Shown here piece by piece: positions 38,474 through 49,671 of a stretch of DNA of 64,000 nucleotides. Positions within the stretch are counted from its first letter, which is position 1. Each line of letters starts with the position of its first letter. Under the pieces are notes generated by a model, which saw only the letters and a list, made by a program, of their open reading frames with translations, made no database searches and was not told the origin of the DNA. This DNA comes from an uncultured Flavobacteriales bacterium (GTDB lineage Bacteria > Bacteroidota > Bacteroidia > Flavobacteriales_D > Sanyastnellaceae): NCBI GenBank assembly GCA_965656785.1, contig CBFHLY010000014.1, forward strand, positions 12,619-76,618. The letters run 5' to 3'. The position numbers were made by a program, and so were the translations under genes.

Positions 38474-38524
38474 CCAAGCTCTCAATTCTGAAGGGTCACA
38501 AAACGAGAACGCTCACGCATTTCT

Positions 38525-40540
38525 TTAATGCAAGGGTCGCAGCACAATGCGGTGTAAGCGAAGTTCCGCGCTGTGATGTGCTCCCGCTTCGATCACCAAA
38601 TCCAAATACGGTAGCACATCGTAGCGATGGTCGAATTCTGTTATGGACTCACACCACTCGCCTTGGAAGGTGACCGCTTCTTCGGGGTAGGCCCAAGCCA
38701 CCTTGCGTTTCCCCCGCATAAGTTGCCAGGAGAGCCGGTTGTTGAACCCGCCCGCCTCCGCGCTGGACCACCACGTCGAAATGGCATACCGACCAGGGTT
38801 TAACGAGTCCAAGGGGATGCGGGCGATGGGGGTTTGACCTTGCGGCCTTCCGATCCAGCACCCACCGGGCAGACCTTCGAATTCCTCGGACCAAATCTCT
38901 GGAGCTTCCACCCATTCCCTGGAATCCCAAAGCTCCGGGTCCAGTCGGTAGGCATCGGTGCACCCTTCCACAGGCAATGGAGTGCGCACCGAATCGGGGC
39001 GGTCGTGAAAACGCAGCGCCTCATGGTCGCGAAGCGGTTCAGAAGAACGCACCACCCAAACCGGCGCATCCAAGGGAAGCCCAAACCGCGTCCCTCCCGG
39101 CCGGCCGAACTGGGCGAGCTGCGCCTTCGCCTCGGGAATGGCCACACGGGTCAAGTTCGCAGCCATCATCGGAATGCCCGTCGCTTGCGCAATCACCGTC
39201 GCCACCCGCATCGCTTCTTCGCGGCGCGGCAAGGAATGCGCCTCTGAACCGTAATGCGTGAACGGCAAGGGAAGAATGGCTTGGACGCCGGACGGGACGG
39301 AAAGGGTTTGGTCCAAAAAAGGCGACGGAGCCGACCACGTCGAAGCCACCCGCAGCACCGCGCCTCCCTCCACCAACCAACTCACCACAAGCAATCGCAC
39401 CAACCACGGACGATTCCGAACCGCCCAAAACGCCGCCACGCCAGCCACCGCCGCCAACGGCCATGCAAACCGGCCCACCGCCCGGAACTGCTTGAATACC
39501 GGCAAGGCCTCCAAGACGTCCGGAACCCACCGCCACGGCAACCCCAGCGCCACCAACCCCAGCGCCACCGCCGCCACCGCCTCATACCGTCCCAGATCCG
39601 CCCCACGTCGCTTCACGGCCAAACTCACCAACACGGCCATCGTGCCGACCCCGAGATACGCCGAAGCCTCCCACGTCAAGTTCACAGGACCCATCGCCCC
39701 GACCAAGGAGCGCATCGGCCCCATGATCGGTACCAACCAATCCAGCAACTCCGCATGCCCTCGCCAAAACCCCGTCGGATGCTCGATCCGACCCTCGTGG
39801 TGATCCGAAACGGCAATGAATCCCCTGAATAAGGCAACGGAGCAAACACTGACCAAAGCGGGCACGCCGAATCTCCAAGACCGCCTGTGGGCAGCCTCCA
39901 ACCCACTCGCAAGCAATACAAAGCCGCTGCTCATAGCCCCGAGGTAGGCGTGCGTGAACCAAGCGAGGCTTTGAAGGAAAAAGAGGGCAACGAGGATTCC
40001 TTGGGGCCGAGAAGATGAGCGGGCCGCGCGCAACAGCGCCCAACTGCCGACGAACATCCACACGTGATTCAAGGCGAAATGCCCCCCCAATCGCATCACC
40101 GCAGGCTGCATGAATGACAGCGCAATGGCGGCCGGAAGAGCCCGGGCCATCCGGCGCTCTCCAAGGGTACGGAAGAGCATGAAAAAGGCCATCGCACTCA
40201 ATGGCACCGACAACAACGTGAACCCATTCAACACCGCGAGTGCTTGTTCGGTGGACCAAGGTCCAGTAGCTTGCATCAACGCCGCAAGCCATGGGTGGCC
40301 ATCGGTATAGCAGATGTGCTCCCCGAAGGGTGCGTTCATCCCGGAAAACTCCGTGTACGAATCCCCGTGCACCACTTGCCAGACGAAGGTGAACGTGTTC
40401 TTAAGCCCATCCCCACTTGGTTCCAAAATCACCGACCCGAGGCGCTGAAACAGCGGCCCGAAGCACCAAAGCCATCCCACCAATCCGGAGGCCACCAAAC
40501 TGAAATCAACGGCCCACTCAACCGATCGACGAACGTTCAT
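38525..40540 (-). CDS. large polytopic membrane protein with C-terminal extracytoplasmic domain (function unknown, possibly GT-C/YfhO-like)
   Basis: 671 aa with ATG at 40540. There are at least 10 hydrophobic helices in the first ~400 aa, and an early loop reads EPSGDGLKN. The soluble C-terminal part of ~250 aa is Trp-rich. Confidence 0.7.
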   Translation of the reverse strand: MNVRRSVEWAVDFSLVASGLVGWLWCFGPLFQRLGSVILEPSGDGLKNTFTFVWQVVHGDSYTEFSGMNAPFGEHICYTDGHPWLAALMQATGPWSTEQALAVLNGFTLLSVPLSAMAFFMLFRTLGERRMARALPAAIALSFMQPAVMRLGGHFALNHVWMFVGSWALLRAARSSSRPQGILVALFFLQSLAWFTHAYLGAMSSGFVLLASGLEAAHRRSWRFGVPALVSVCSVALFRGFIAVSDHHEGRIEHPTGFWRGHAELLDWLVPIMGPMRSLVGAMGPVNLTWEASAYLGVGTMAVLVSLAVKRRGADLGRYEAVAAVALGLVALGLPWRWVPDVLEALPVFKQFRAVGRFAWPLAAVAGVAAFWAVRNRPWLVRLLVVSWLVEGGAVLRVASTWSAPSPFLDQTLSVPSGVQAILPLPFTHYGSEAHSLPRREEAMRVATVIAQATGIPMMAANLTRVAIPEAKAQLAQFGRPGGTRFGLPLDAPVWVVRSSEPLRDHEALRFHDRPDSVRTPLPVEGCTDAYRLDPELWDSREWVEAPEIWSEEFEGLPGGCWIGRPQGQTPIARIPLDSLNPGRYAISTWWSSAEAGGFNNRLSWQLMRGKRKVAWAYPEEAVTFQGEWCESITEFDHRYDVLPYLDLVIEAGAHHSAELRLHRIVLRPLH

Positions 40541-40570
40541 CCGGTTAAGCTAAGCATATTAAGGAAATGA

Positions 40571-40605
40571 AAAAAGCCCCGTTCACGGATGGCGAACGGA
40601 GCTTT
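40571..40605 (-). terminator. rho-independent terminator downstream of tRNA-Val
   Basis: On the minus strand: GCTCCGTTC-GCCATCCGT-GAACGGGGC followed by TTTTT. Confidence 0.55.
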
Positions 40606-40610
40606 GTGAG

Positions 40611-40684
<74 letters not shown>

Positions 40685-40855
40685 TCGTTGCTGGTGCTTC
40701 TTCCGAAGCGAGAACAAAGATAGCCATTCCACGCGTCCACCGTTCATCAAACGCTGAAAAAAATCGCGCGGGCGTAACGTGTTGCGCAGGTGAATTCGTC
40801 GCGAACGCTTGCAAAAAAGGTCGGGGTGCTGGGGATGGGTTGGTACATTTGGTCC

Positions 40856-43009
<2,154 letters not shown>

Positions 43010-43036
<27 letters not shown>

Positions 43037-45616
43037 CAACACGAACAACAGGTCGGAAATGCTGACCATCCCATCGCCGGTCACGTCGCCGTCGCACACC
43101 GAACCTTCCGGCTCGAGACACGACCCGTCGTCCATGGTCGCGTCGGGATTGAAGTTGAGCGACCACGCATACGTGCAACCCGGCACATCGTCCTCGTCGC
43201 AGATGCCATTGCCGTTCGTGTCGCTGGAACAGGGCGCATCCGGACACGCTTCGCAACTGTTGAAGCACACCAGCGGAACCTCATAGGTCGCCACCCCGGT
43301 CGGCACCTCCACCAAGCGGTTCGTGAAAATGTCCGTGGTGAGGGTGCACGCCCCATGGACCGCCGGATCAAACTGCTCCGCTCCGTCCCAATTGCCGTTG
43401 ATGAATTTGTATTCATGGGGCCCTGGCGCGAGGGTCAGCGTCGCGGTGTAAATCCCATCGCCATCGGGGTCGTTCATCGGAACGCACGAGCCGCACCAAC
43501 CATCGATGGACCCCCCCGTCACGTAAACCGCTCCGTTGAGCAGCGGCGTGCCATTCAGGTCCACGCTGAACGTCACCTCGGGGTCCACCGGCTCCGGCAC
43601 GATGGCCTCAGCGCCGGGGCGGGTGGCGAGCCAATACAACGTGTTCGTCCGGGTGTTGCCATCGTCGTAGCCGGTCAATTCATCCGCTTCCCACCAAGCC
43701 GCCACCGGATCGATGACCGCATGCGCCATGTAGATGAAGCCGCGCCATCCCTCCATCAGCCCCGGATCATCGAGCGCCTCCGCCACCACCGGGTATTCCT
43801 CGGTGATCCATTCGGGACGCAGCAATTCCTCGGTAATCGGGGTGAACGGCAGCATTTGGATGCCGTGAATGAACTCGATGTTGCCGCCGAACCACGTGGC
43901 GTAATCGACCTTGTTGCTCCAGAGGACGCCCACGACTTTGTTGCTCGCGAACGGCTCGGGGTAGATGCCGGAATCGCTCGTGATTTGGTAGTAAGTGTGC
44001 GCGGAGCGGAGTTCCATCGCCAGCAGGAGGCGGCCCAAATCCCGCACGCGCTCATCCCCCGTCGCCACCCCCCACAAGTACACCCCGTACCACGCATTGA
44101 CGGCCTCGGAACTGCTCTCTTGGTTGCGCCCATCGCCCCCCTCGTACAGGCCTTGCGCCCAGGAGTGCCCCACGAACCAGTCCTTGTTGCGCGCCACGGT
44201 GTAGTGCGGATCGGCAGGGGACGGATTGGCGATGTTGCGCAGGATTTGGCCCACCTCATCGCCCCACTCCGCCAACCACCCCGCGTCCTCCTTCGCCAAC
44301 GCAGCCGCGGCATACAGGAAATACCCGTAGTGGAAATGGTGGTCGTTGTACGCCCCCTGGTTGAAGCTGCCGCCCGAATTGCTCACCACCCCGCCCCACG
44401 TCGCATCGTACCGCAGCGGATCGCTGTTCGTCCCCGCCATCCACGGCGTCAACGCCGCCTCCAACGACCCCCGAACCGCCGCCGCCGAAGTCGTTTCCCC
44501 CAACTCGTCCGCAATGAGCGCCAACCGGCCCAACGCCGCCAACTGCTTCCCCCCGAAGTACGTGTCCCCCGCCGTCACCGGGAAGTCCACGTCCTCCTCC
44601 AGCGCAGCCGCAATCGCCGGCACCAACGCCGGCGCAATCCCGCCAGGCGATTCGAACCCGATGGTCGTCAGCGGCTCCTCAAGGTGCCACGTCGCGCCCG
44701 AAACCGCCTGCAACTCCCCCTTGATCGTCGGCACCGCCACCTCCGACATCGGCTCCTCCACGAGCACGACCCGGTGGTGCGGAAGCGCATAGTGCAACGG
44801 CGTCGCAGCAGCAGCCATCGATTCCACTTCCCAATCGAACACCAACGTGGCCAAGTCGCCCGCAACCGTCGCACTCACCGCTCCCCCCACCGTCACTGCA
44901 TCGGCATGCGCATCCAACACGGATTCAGCGGCTGCGGTGGGAACGACTGCCCATCGGACCCAGCCGGTAAACGGCGCGTTCGCCTGCAGGGCGTTGCCGA
45001 ATGGGGCCAAGGTGATGGGCGAGGAGGTGTAGGCGATCCAGGTTTGGCCGTTGTTCAACTCGACCTCGAACCGGTCGCTTGTCACGGCGCCCCCTGGGGC
45101 ATTCCCATTGATGCTGAGCAGGGCATGGACCGTAGCAAAGCGCGGCGTGGCTGCGGTGTACTGCACGGAGGCATAGGCCATCCCGCGGACCAAAGGCGTC
45201 GAGAGCCCCGAATCCGGCCAGTCCACGGTGACCGAAAGGGCATCGTAGTCCACGACTTCGTGCGAACCCGCTCCGCCCACGGCGCCCAATGTCCAGTTCG
45301 CCACCCACGCCGAACCGACGAACTGGGCGTTGCCGAACATCGCGGGTTGGCACACTTCAAGTCCTCCTGGGGTGCATTTGACCAAGTAGGGAAGCGTGTT
45401 CGCCACGCCTGAACCGAGGGCCACATTGAACCACCACGCATTGGTGGGCAGGGGCGCATCGACGAGGGCGTCAGCCCAATGCTGCGAAGGCTGAACCGAG
45501 TTCGTGACCACGGGCCAAGGCGGCGCATCCACGCCGAGCGGGCCTTCGAGCAAGTCGATTTGGGCAGAAATCCCAGCGACCCAAGTTGCCGCAACCAGAA
45601 GAAATGTCCATTTCAT
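43010..45616 (-). CDS. GH81 endo-beta-1,3-glucanase with C-terminal beta-sandwich CBM-like module and a dockerin-like tail
   Basis: 868 aa with a signal peptide (MKWTFLLVAATWVAGISAQ). The GH81 hallmark is GAYNDHHFHYGYFLYAAAALA. The C-terminus has EVTFSVDLNG...GIYTATLTLAPGPHEYKFINGNW and then CDGDVTGDGMVSISDLLFVLSAFGNECP. Confidence 0.88.
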
Positions 45617-45647
45617 TCCTTGAAGTTACGGCCGAAACGTCCCGCGG

Positions 45648-45941
45648 TCAATCCACGTCCTCCTCGGGCAACTCGCTGTCCACGTCCATCGTGAAGTCGT
45701 CGTCCGTCGCTTCCTCGAGGACTTCCATCATTTCCGAGTCGATGCGGAACAGGTACACGGTGTCTTCCGTTCGGACTTCCAACGCCCGCAGGTATTGGCC
45801 ATTGGGCATGGTCAGCAACTGCAAATCGTCGTCACCGAACCCCTCCGGGAACGCGGCCGAAATCAGGTCGATGTGGCGCTGCTCAATGTTCGTGTAGTTC
45901 TTGATGACGCGGCGCATGGGGGTCGAAGAAGTCGGAGCCAT
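45648..45941 (-). CDS. small acidic protein of unknown function, translationally coupled to the DHS-like gene
   Basis: 97 aa: MAPTSSTPMRRVIKNYTNIEQRHIDL...ELPEEDVD. The ATG at 45941..45939 overlaps the upstream stop (TGATG). By hand count it has 24 Asp+Glu, 7 Arg+Lys and a single Lys. The ORF track hides it inside a 354-aa over-extension. Confidence 0.6.
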   Translation of the reverse strand: MAPTSSTPMRRVIKNYTNIEQRHIDLISAAFPEGFGDDDLQLLTMPNGQYLRALEVRTEDTVYLFRIDSEMMEVLEEATDDDFTMDVDSELPEEDVD

Positions 45942-46921
45942 CACCAGTTGAGCAGCCAGCCGAACACGAGCGGAGCCACGATGGTCGCGTCGGATTCGAT
46001 GATGAATTTGGGCGTGTCGATGCCCAGTTTGCCCCACGTGATCTTCTCGTTGGGAACGGCGCCGGAGTAGCTGCCGTAGGAGGTGGTGGAATCCGAGATT
46101 TGGCAGAAGTAGGCCCACAGCGGCACCTCTTCGCGGCCCAAATCCTGGTGCAGCATCGGCACCACGCAAATCGGGAAATCGCCCGCGATGCCGCCGCCCA
46201 CCTGGAAGAACCCGATGGCCGTGCCGTCCGACGTGGTCTCCGTGTACCAGTCCGCAAGCCAAATCATGTACTCGATGCCACTCTTCACGGTCGAAGGCAC
46301 CACGTCCCCCGCGATGCAATGCGCGGCGAAAATGTTGCCGAGCGTGCTGTCCTCCCAACCGGGACAAATGATGGGCAGCCCCTTCTCGGCCGCCGCCACC
46401 ATCCAGCTGTCCTTCGGGTCGATTTCGTAGTATTGCTCGAGCACCCCGCTGTTCAGGGCTTGGTAGAAGTACTCGTGCGGGAAGTGCCGGCGGCCCTCCG
46501 CCTCTGCGGCCTTCCACAGGTCGACCATGTGATCTTCGAGCCGGCGGAACGCCTCCTCTTCCGGAATGCAGGTGTCGGTCACCCGGTTCATGCCCCGGTC
46601 GAGCAAGTCCTGCTCCTCCTGCGGCGTGAGGTCGCGGTAGTGCGGAACCCGCGCGTAGTGGCTGTGCGCCACGAGGTTCATGACGTCCTCTTCGAGGTTC
46701 GCGCCCGTGCACGAAATGATGTGCACCTTGTCTTGGCGGATCATCTCGGCGAGGGATTTGCCCAATTCGGCGGTGCTCATCGCCCCGGCGAGGGTGACCA
46801 TCATTTTGCCCCCTGCGGTGAGGTGGGCTTCGTAAGCGGCTGCGGCCTCGGGGACCACGGCGGCGTTGAAGTGCTTGTAGTGTCGCTCCGTGAACGAGCG
46901 GATGAATCCGGTTGATTCCAT
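45941..46921 (-). CDS. deoxyhypusine synthase family protein (probable homospermidine synthase-like enzyme)
   Basis: 326 aa. DHS fold pattern (VHIISCTGANLEEDV, FFQVGGGIAGDFPI) and the conserved catalytic-lysine context VPNEKITWGKL. Confidence 0.9.
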   Translation of the reverse strand: MESTGFIRSFTERHYKHFNAAVVPEAAAAYEAHLTAGGKMMVTLAGAMSTAELGKSLAEMIRQDKVHIISCTGANLEEDVMNLVAHSHYARVPHYRDLTPQEEQDLLDRGMNRVTDTCIPEEEAFRRLEDHMVDLWKAAEAEGRRHFPHEYFYQALNSGVLEQYYEIDPKDSWMVAAAEKGLPIICPGWEDSTLGNIFAAHCIAGDVVPSTVKSGIEYMIWLADWYTETTSDGTAIGFFQVGGGIAGDFPICVVPMLHQDLGREEVPLWAYFCQISDSTTSYGSYSGAVPNEKITWGKLGIDTPKFIIESDATIVAPLVFGWLLNW

Positions 46922-46933
46922 GATGCTGATGGG

Positions 46934-47830
46934 TTAATTCACCGGCTCCGGGCGGAGGGCGTAGGTGAGGAGTTTGTAGACCAATTTGGCCGCGAGAAAA
47001 TCACTGGGCTTGCTGCCGGTATGCGCCGCCAATTCCACCACATCGAAGCCCACGATGTGGAAGCGCTCCATGGCCATCCGGCACAAACGCGTCACCTGGT
47101 ACCAGCTGAGCCCGCCCGGTTCCGGCGTCCCCGTATCGGGCACGAAAGCCGGGTCGAATGCGTCGAGGTCAATCGTCAAGTACATCGGCGTGCCGGGCGC
47201 ACCAAGGGCCGCCAACGCCGCCTCCATCCATTCGTCGTCCGGACGCTCCGCGCAATCCTGCCCGTAGAACACGTTCCCGGGTTGCTCGAACTCCCGCTCG
47301 CTCGCATCCATGGACCGAATGCCCACCTGCACGAGGTTGCAGTTCCGGGACGCCCAATGCAGCGCACACGCGTGGTTGCAGGCCGAGCCGAGGTAGGCGG
47401 AACGCAAGTCGGCGTGCGCATCGAGGTGCAGCACCGTCAGGTCAGGGTGCTTCGCCGCAGCGGCTTGGATCGCGCCGATGGACACGCTGTGTTCCCCGCC
47501 GAGCACCACGGGCACCTTGCCTTCGCTCAGGACTTCCGCCACCGCAGCGCGCACGGCATCCGTCATCGCTTCAGGGCTGCTCGCCTCGGTGACGGCGGCG
47601 GCGAGGTGCACGCCCTCGCGGTACACTTCCGTGCCCGTTTCGATGTCGTACAGCTCCATGTTGTCGGCCGCGTCCAGCAAAGCCGCCGGGCCCGCATCCG
47701 CGCCCTTGCCCCACGTGGAGGTTCCGTCATACGGCACCGGAATCAGCACCGCCCGAGCGCTCGCGCGCTCCCCAAATTCGGCCTCCACCCCGGCAAACAC
47801 CCGGTCCGGCCCAAACGTCATTTCGCTCAT
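46934..47830 (-). CDS. speB: agmatinase (ureohydrolase family)
   Basis: 298 aa. The Mn-binding motifs are LGGEHSVSIG, VLHLDAHADLR and YLTIDLDAFDPAF. Confidence 0.9.
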   Translation of the reverse strand: MSEMTFGPDRVFAGVEAEFGERASARAVLIPVPYDGTSTWGKGADAGPAALLDAADNMELYDIETGTEVYREGVHLAAAVTEASSPEAMTDAVRAAVAEVLSEGKVPVVLGGEHSVSIGAIQAAAAKHPDLTVLHLDAHADLRSAYLGSACNHACALHWASRNCNLVQVGIRSMDASEREFEQPGNVFYGQDCAERPDDEWMEAALAALGAPGTPMYLTIDLDAFDPAFVPDTGTPEPGGLSWYQVTRLCRMAMERFHIVGFDVVELAAHTGSKPSDFLAAKLVYKLLTYALRPEPVN

Positions 47831-49350
47831 TGTCGTGTCGTTGTAGTTCCACGTTTCTTCACCACCGGCACCTCTTGGTTCCGTTGCGCCCGGGGCACCA
47901 CCATGTCATCCGCCTCCACCGAGGTCGGCGGGGGGGGCGGCTCCGCGCCCGACATGTCGTACCCGAGCAAGGACAGCATCTGCTGCGCGTGCTGTTCCTC
48001 CGCGAACACCTCGTACGTCAGTTCGCCCGCCTCGTCGCGATCGATGAGCACGTGCTTCGGCCCCGGGATCAGGCAGTGGTGCACGCCCCCGTGCCCGCCA
48101 ATGTTGTCTTGGTAGGCGGCCGTGTTGAAGAAGCCGATGTACAAGTCGTCGGAAGCCTTGTACTTCGGAAGGTAAATCGCATTGAGGTGCTGCTCCGAGT
48201 TGTAGTAATCGTCGCTGTCGCAAGTCAAACCGCCCAAGAACACCCGCTCGTACGGGCTCTCCCACCGGTTGATGGGCAGCATGAGGAACCGCCGGTTGAT
48301 GGCCCAGGTGTCCGGCAGGGTCGTCATGAACGAGGAATCGATGATGTTCCAAGCTTCTCGATCGTTTTGGGCCTTTTGGTACAACACCTTGTACAGCGTG
48401 CCCCCGGCCTCCCCCACCGTGAACGACCCGAATTCCGTGTAAATGTCCGGCTCCGGCACCGCCGCTTCCGCGCACGCCGCTTGCACCTGCTCGAGGATGG
48501 CCTCGACCATGTAAGCGTAGTCGTACGAAAACGCGAGGGAGTTCTTGATCGGCAAGCCCCCGCCGATGTTCAGCGCCGTCAAGTGCGGGCAAACCTTGCG
48601 CAGGTCGCAGTACACCTTGAGCGCCTTGTTGAGCTCATTCCAGTAGTATGCCGTGTCGCGGATGCCCGTGTTCACGAAGAAGTGCAGCATGCGCAACCGC
48701 ATGAACGGGTGGTGCTCGATGCGCTCGCGGTAGAACGGCATGATGCGCTTGTAGCCGATGCCGAGCCGCGAGGTGTAGAATTCGAACTTCGGCTCTTCCT
48801 CGGACGCGATGCGCAATCCCACGTCCATCGGCTCGCGGACCACCGCGTTGAGGCGGGCGAACTCCTGCTCGTTGTCCAGCACGGGCAGGATGCCGGTGAA
48901 GCCGTCGCGCCGCATGTTCACGATGCGATCGATGTAGGCCGCGGTTTTGAAGCCGTTGCAGATGACGGTGGACGGCCGGTTGAAGTGGCCGCTCCGCTCG
49001 AGCGCCGCCACGATGTCCAGGTCGAACGGCGAGCTGGTTTCGATGTGCGCGCCGTGCTTCAGCACTTCTTCGGTCACGTGCCGGAAGTGGCTGCTTTTCG
49101 TCACATAGCAGTAGTGGTAGGCGCCTTTGTAATGGAGTTTTTCCATCGCTTGGCGGAACCAGGTTTGGGCCAAATCAATGTTCTGCCCAATCTTCGGCAA
49201 GTATGTGAAACGGAGCGGCGTCCCAAACCGCTCGATCAGGTCGCGCATGGGGATGCCATGGAAGGCCAGCTGCCCGTGCGCGTCGATGTTGAATTCCTCT
49301 TGAGGCCAGTCAAAGGTCTGCTCAACGAGGTCGATGTATTTCAGTTTCAT
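47827..49350 (-). CDS. speA: arginine decarboxylase (PLP-dependent, alanine racemase-fold)
   Basis: The start is MKLKYIDLVEQTFDWPQEEF (ATG 49350; the ORF track starts at 49413). Motifs: YCYVTKSSHF, LNIGGGLPI and GGLTCDSDDYY. ATGA overlap with speB. Confidence 0.9.
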   Translation of the reverse strand: MKLKYIDLVEQTFDWPQEEFNIDAHGQLAFHGIPMRDLIERFGTPLRFTYLPKIGQNIDLAQTWFRQAMEKLHYKGAYHYCYVTKSSHFRHVTEEVLKHGAHIETSSPFDLDIVAALERSGHFNRPSTVICNGFKTAAYIDRIVNMRRDGFTGILPVLDNEQEFARLNAVVREPMDVGLRIASEEEPKFEFYTSRLGIGYKRIMPFYRERIEHHPFMRLRMLHFFVNTGIRDTAYYWNELNKALKVYCDLRKVCPHLTALNIGGGLPIKNSLAFSYDYAYMVEAILEQVQAACAEAAVPEPDIYTEFGSFTVGEAGGTLYKVLYQKAQNDREAWNIIDSSFMTTLPDTWAINRRFLMLPINRWESPYERVFLGGLTCDSDDYYNSEQHLNAIYLPKYKASDDLYIGFFNTAAYQDNIGGHGGVHHCLIPGPKHVLIDRDEAGELTYEVFAEEQHAQQMLSLLGYDMSGAEPPPPPTSVEADDMVVPRAQRNQEVPVVKKRGTTTTRQ

Positions 49351-49671
49351 GGAAAGGGAATCGGGGGTGAATGCTTGAGATGCAGTCGGCCGCGCGCACG
49401 AGTTCCCTCGCACCTCGCGTGTGGACCCCGTCGATTCAGAGCCGGATGATGAACGCGCGCATGCCCCGCCACCCCCAACCGCGTTGGAGGAAGTGCGCCA
49501 ACCAGCCGTTCAAAGCCGGTGCTGCATGGGAAGTCAAGTTCATCGTCGGACGTGCATTTCGCGGTGCAACATTCGGAACTAATCCCGAAATCCCCAATGA
49601 TTTCCGCTCCGCGCGAAAAAAAAATTTCAGGCCGTTGAATTTCAGTTCTGTGGCCGTTCTACATTCGGCCC

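Noticed and set aside
43355-45412. 685-aa plus-strand ORF opposite the GH81 gene
   Set aside because: Shadow ORF. The minus-strand frame contains the NDHHFHYGYF GH81 hallmark and a signal peptide.
47830-49449. 539-aa plus-strand ORF opposite speA
   Set aside because: Shadow ORF. speA on the minus strand has PLP-fold motifs and operon coupling.
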